From NCBI RefSeq assembly GCF_006345805.1, contig NC_043001.1:107694001-107758000 (forward strand): a stretch of 64,000 bases of DNA. Reading direction: 5' to 3'. Below the pieces are notes generated by a model. The model did not search any database and was not told where the DNA came from. It was given only the letters and a program-made list of their open reading frames with translations. A program made the position numbers and the translations under genes. The first letter of the stretch is position 1; each line of letters begins with the position of its first letter. Source of the stretch: Octopus sinensis. Taxonomy: Eukaryota. Positions 61,800-64,000 of this stretch are shown one piece after another.

Positions 61800-62150
61800 G
61801 CAGAATCTTGAGGTTCCACATTTTTGCCAATTTCTGTTTCCAGATCTTTATACTTGCTCAGTTTTTGGAGTTCTTGACAAATACATTTGGACAGTCATAT
61901 CAATGAGGAAGCATGATTTTTGTCTGAAGTCTTTCAATATAATGTCTTTCTCTCAGTTTGAATGAAGTCTCAGACGAGTGAGACGTGATCATTTTCAAAC
62001 ACTGGAGATGGTTTGTGTTGCCACCAGTTTTTATCATGGGTAGGTCCAGGTTTATTCAAATTACCCAGTGAATACGCTGTGCAGCTCTATCATGACAGTT
62101 GAGATACTCTGTGGGCGCAAGAAGACTGCACATGGATACAACATGATCTA
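61800..62150 (-). mobile_element. R4/Dong-like RLE LINE remnant
   Basis: Minus: CSLLAPTEYLNCHDRAAQRIHW...NWWQHKPSPVFENDH...DIILKD...CFLIDMTV...KLSKYKDLETEI.KMWNLK. Confidence 0.85.
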
Positions 62151-62169
62151 TTTGTATTGCAATATTATA

Positions 62170-62400
62170 TTATGTCCATGTGTGTGTGTGTGTGTGTCAG
62201 TGTTTATCCTCCAGCACCTCTAGACAAGCGGTGTTAGTGGATTTACCTCCTCTTTGAGACTTAGCGGTTCCGCAAAGGATACTGATAGATTATGTAGCGG
62301 GCTTTGAAACAAATATGTTCTGGCATCGATTCAATCGACTAAAACGTTTTTACGGCGGTGCCCCAGCATGACCGCCGTTTAATGACTAAAACAAATAGAA
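62170..62400 (+). mobile_element. SINE family A 3' half (degraded)
   Basis: gacttagcggttccgcaaagg...ggcggtgccccagcatgaccgcc. Confidence 0.75.
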
Positions 62401-62675
62401 GACAAACAAGGATTTTCGGGTAAGGGTGAAACGTCTGCAGTAAAAGTCGTGGTACATTTTGGTAGGCGGCGACAAGAATGACGTAGACGTAGACCATGTA
62501 AAATTGAGGAAACATCAGCGAACGTTAGAGAACCAAAGAAAATGTTCAAATTAAAATATTAGACTATAGGTCAGATAGAAATCAAACAGATTTCGATGTC
62601 AAGATTGCCAGCAGAACTGTCAGAAGAATCGCGTTAAGATTGCGTACCTTATTTAAATAAGCTATAGTATGTGTT

Positions 62676-62980
62676 GGAGGCATATGGCCTAGTGGTTAGT
62701 GCAGCGGACTCGCGGTCGAGGGATCGCGGGTTCGAATCTCAGACCGGGCGATGTGTGTGTGCTTATGAGCGAAACACCTAAGATCCACGCGGCTCCGGCA
62801 GAAGGTAATGGCGAACTTCTGCTGACTCTTTCGCCACAACTTTCTCTCACTCTTTCCTCCTGCATCTTGCAGCTCACCTGCGACGGACCGGCGTCCCATT
62901 CAGGTGGGGAACCTATACGCCAAGGAAACCGGGAAACCGGCCCTTATGAGCCAGGCGTGGCTCGAGAAGGGAGAACAACA
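62676..62980 (+). mobile_element. tRNA-derived SINE (family C head, 3' body shared with 58263-58510)
   Basis: ggaggcatatggcctagtggttagtgcagcggactcgcgg...gggttcgaatctc...ggaaaccgggaaaccggccc. Confidence 0.88.
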
Positions 62981-63551
62981 TACTATGTGCGATGTGTATA
63001 GTATCGATATTAAAAGAAGTATTCATTCTTTATAGTGTCATTTTATAACTTCTGGTAAAACAGGTAAATAGAGGGAGATTTTGAAAAACCAGTCAAATCG
63101 GCAAATCTGTATTGACACTATGAAATTTATTGAAATTTATTCGAGATGTGATAGCGTGTCGTGTGAAAGGAAGAACCAGCTTATATTTTATAAAATAATA
63201 AATCAGAAAAGCATTTTTATAACATAATGACATTTTCTTCCACCAGACATTTGCAGAGAATTAGAAGCTTACTTATTGTAGAGTTCAGAGGTTAACATAA
63301 TCGTATCGGAACTCGGGGAAAAAGCAACAAATCGATGAATTTTGGAATAATCTCTCACCTTCTTTCTCTTCCTTACTCTCCTCTCTCTCTCTTCCTCACT
63401 CTCCCTCTCTCTCCCATCGATCTCTGCATATATGCATATACATATATATACATAAGTACATATGTGTGTGTATTTATACTTATAAATACATTCATATATA
63501 TGCATACATTGATCATATATAAATATATATATATATATATAAATACATGAA

Positions 63552-63589
<38 letters not shown>

Positions 63590-63783
63590 TACAAATAGAC
63601 ATACGTGCACATACATATATATACACGTAAGTATTTATGCATATATATATATACTTAAATATATATACCTAATATATATATATATATAAATATATATACT
63701 TAAATACATACGTGTATATATATATATATATGTGCACGTATATCTATTTGTATGTATATATACATACATACACACACACACAC

Positions 63784-63816
<33 letters not shown>

Positions 63817-64000
63817 TATTCATGGGCACTCACAAACGAACACACATATATACTCACACACAAACACACGTATAAAAAATGACGAAAATAATAGCGATGT
63901 TACAGGAAATCTCGGTCGCGTATGAAGGAATTTTGTACAAGAGCGACATAGAAATAACATTCTTATAAATTTTCTTTCAATTCGGATCCGATTTTTACTT

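Overview
AT-rich, microsatellite-saturated metazoan non-coding DNA. The SINE families and repeat landscape resemble Octopus (coleoid cephalopod) intergenic or intronic sequence; this is recognised from memory and not database-verified. No intact host protein-coding gene is visible, and most ORFs in the track are translations of (TA)n, (CA)n, (GATA)n or (TAA)n repeats. The window holds more than 35 copies or fragments of three tRNA-derived SINE families, plus remnants of CR1, RTE, R4/Dong-like RLE, Ingi/Vingi-like, Gypsy, piggyBac, mariner and Penelope-like elements. Most notable: (1) a probable ancient mitochondrial insertion (cob-nad6-nad1 order) split by a SINE at 48.9-50.9 kb; (2) three minimal hammerhead-ribozyme-like motifs in Penelope-like repeats; (3) two possible decayed class-A GPCR fragments on the minus strand; (4) an 886-bp near-perfect tandem duplication; (5) a MITE with an 8-bp TSD carrying CCCTAA repeats; (6) a young CR1 insertion with a TSD; (7) long fold-back hairpins and inverted SINE pairs. 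All homology calls are by-eye motif matches. SINE boundaries are approximate.
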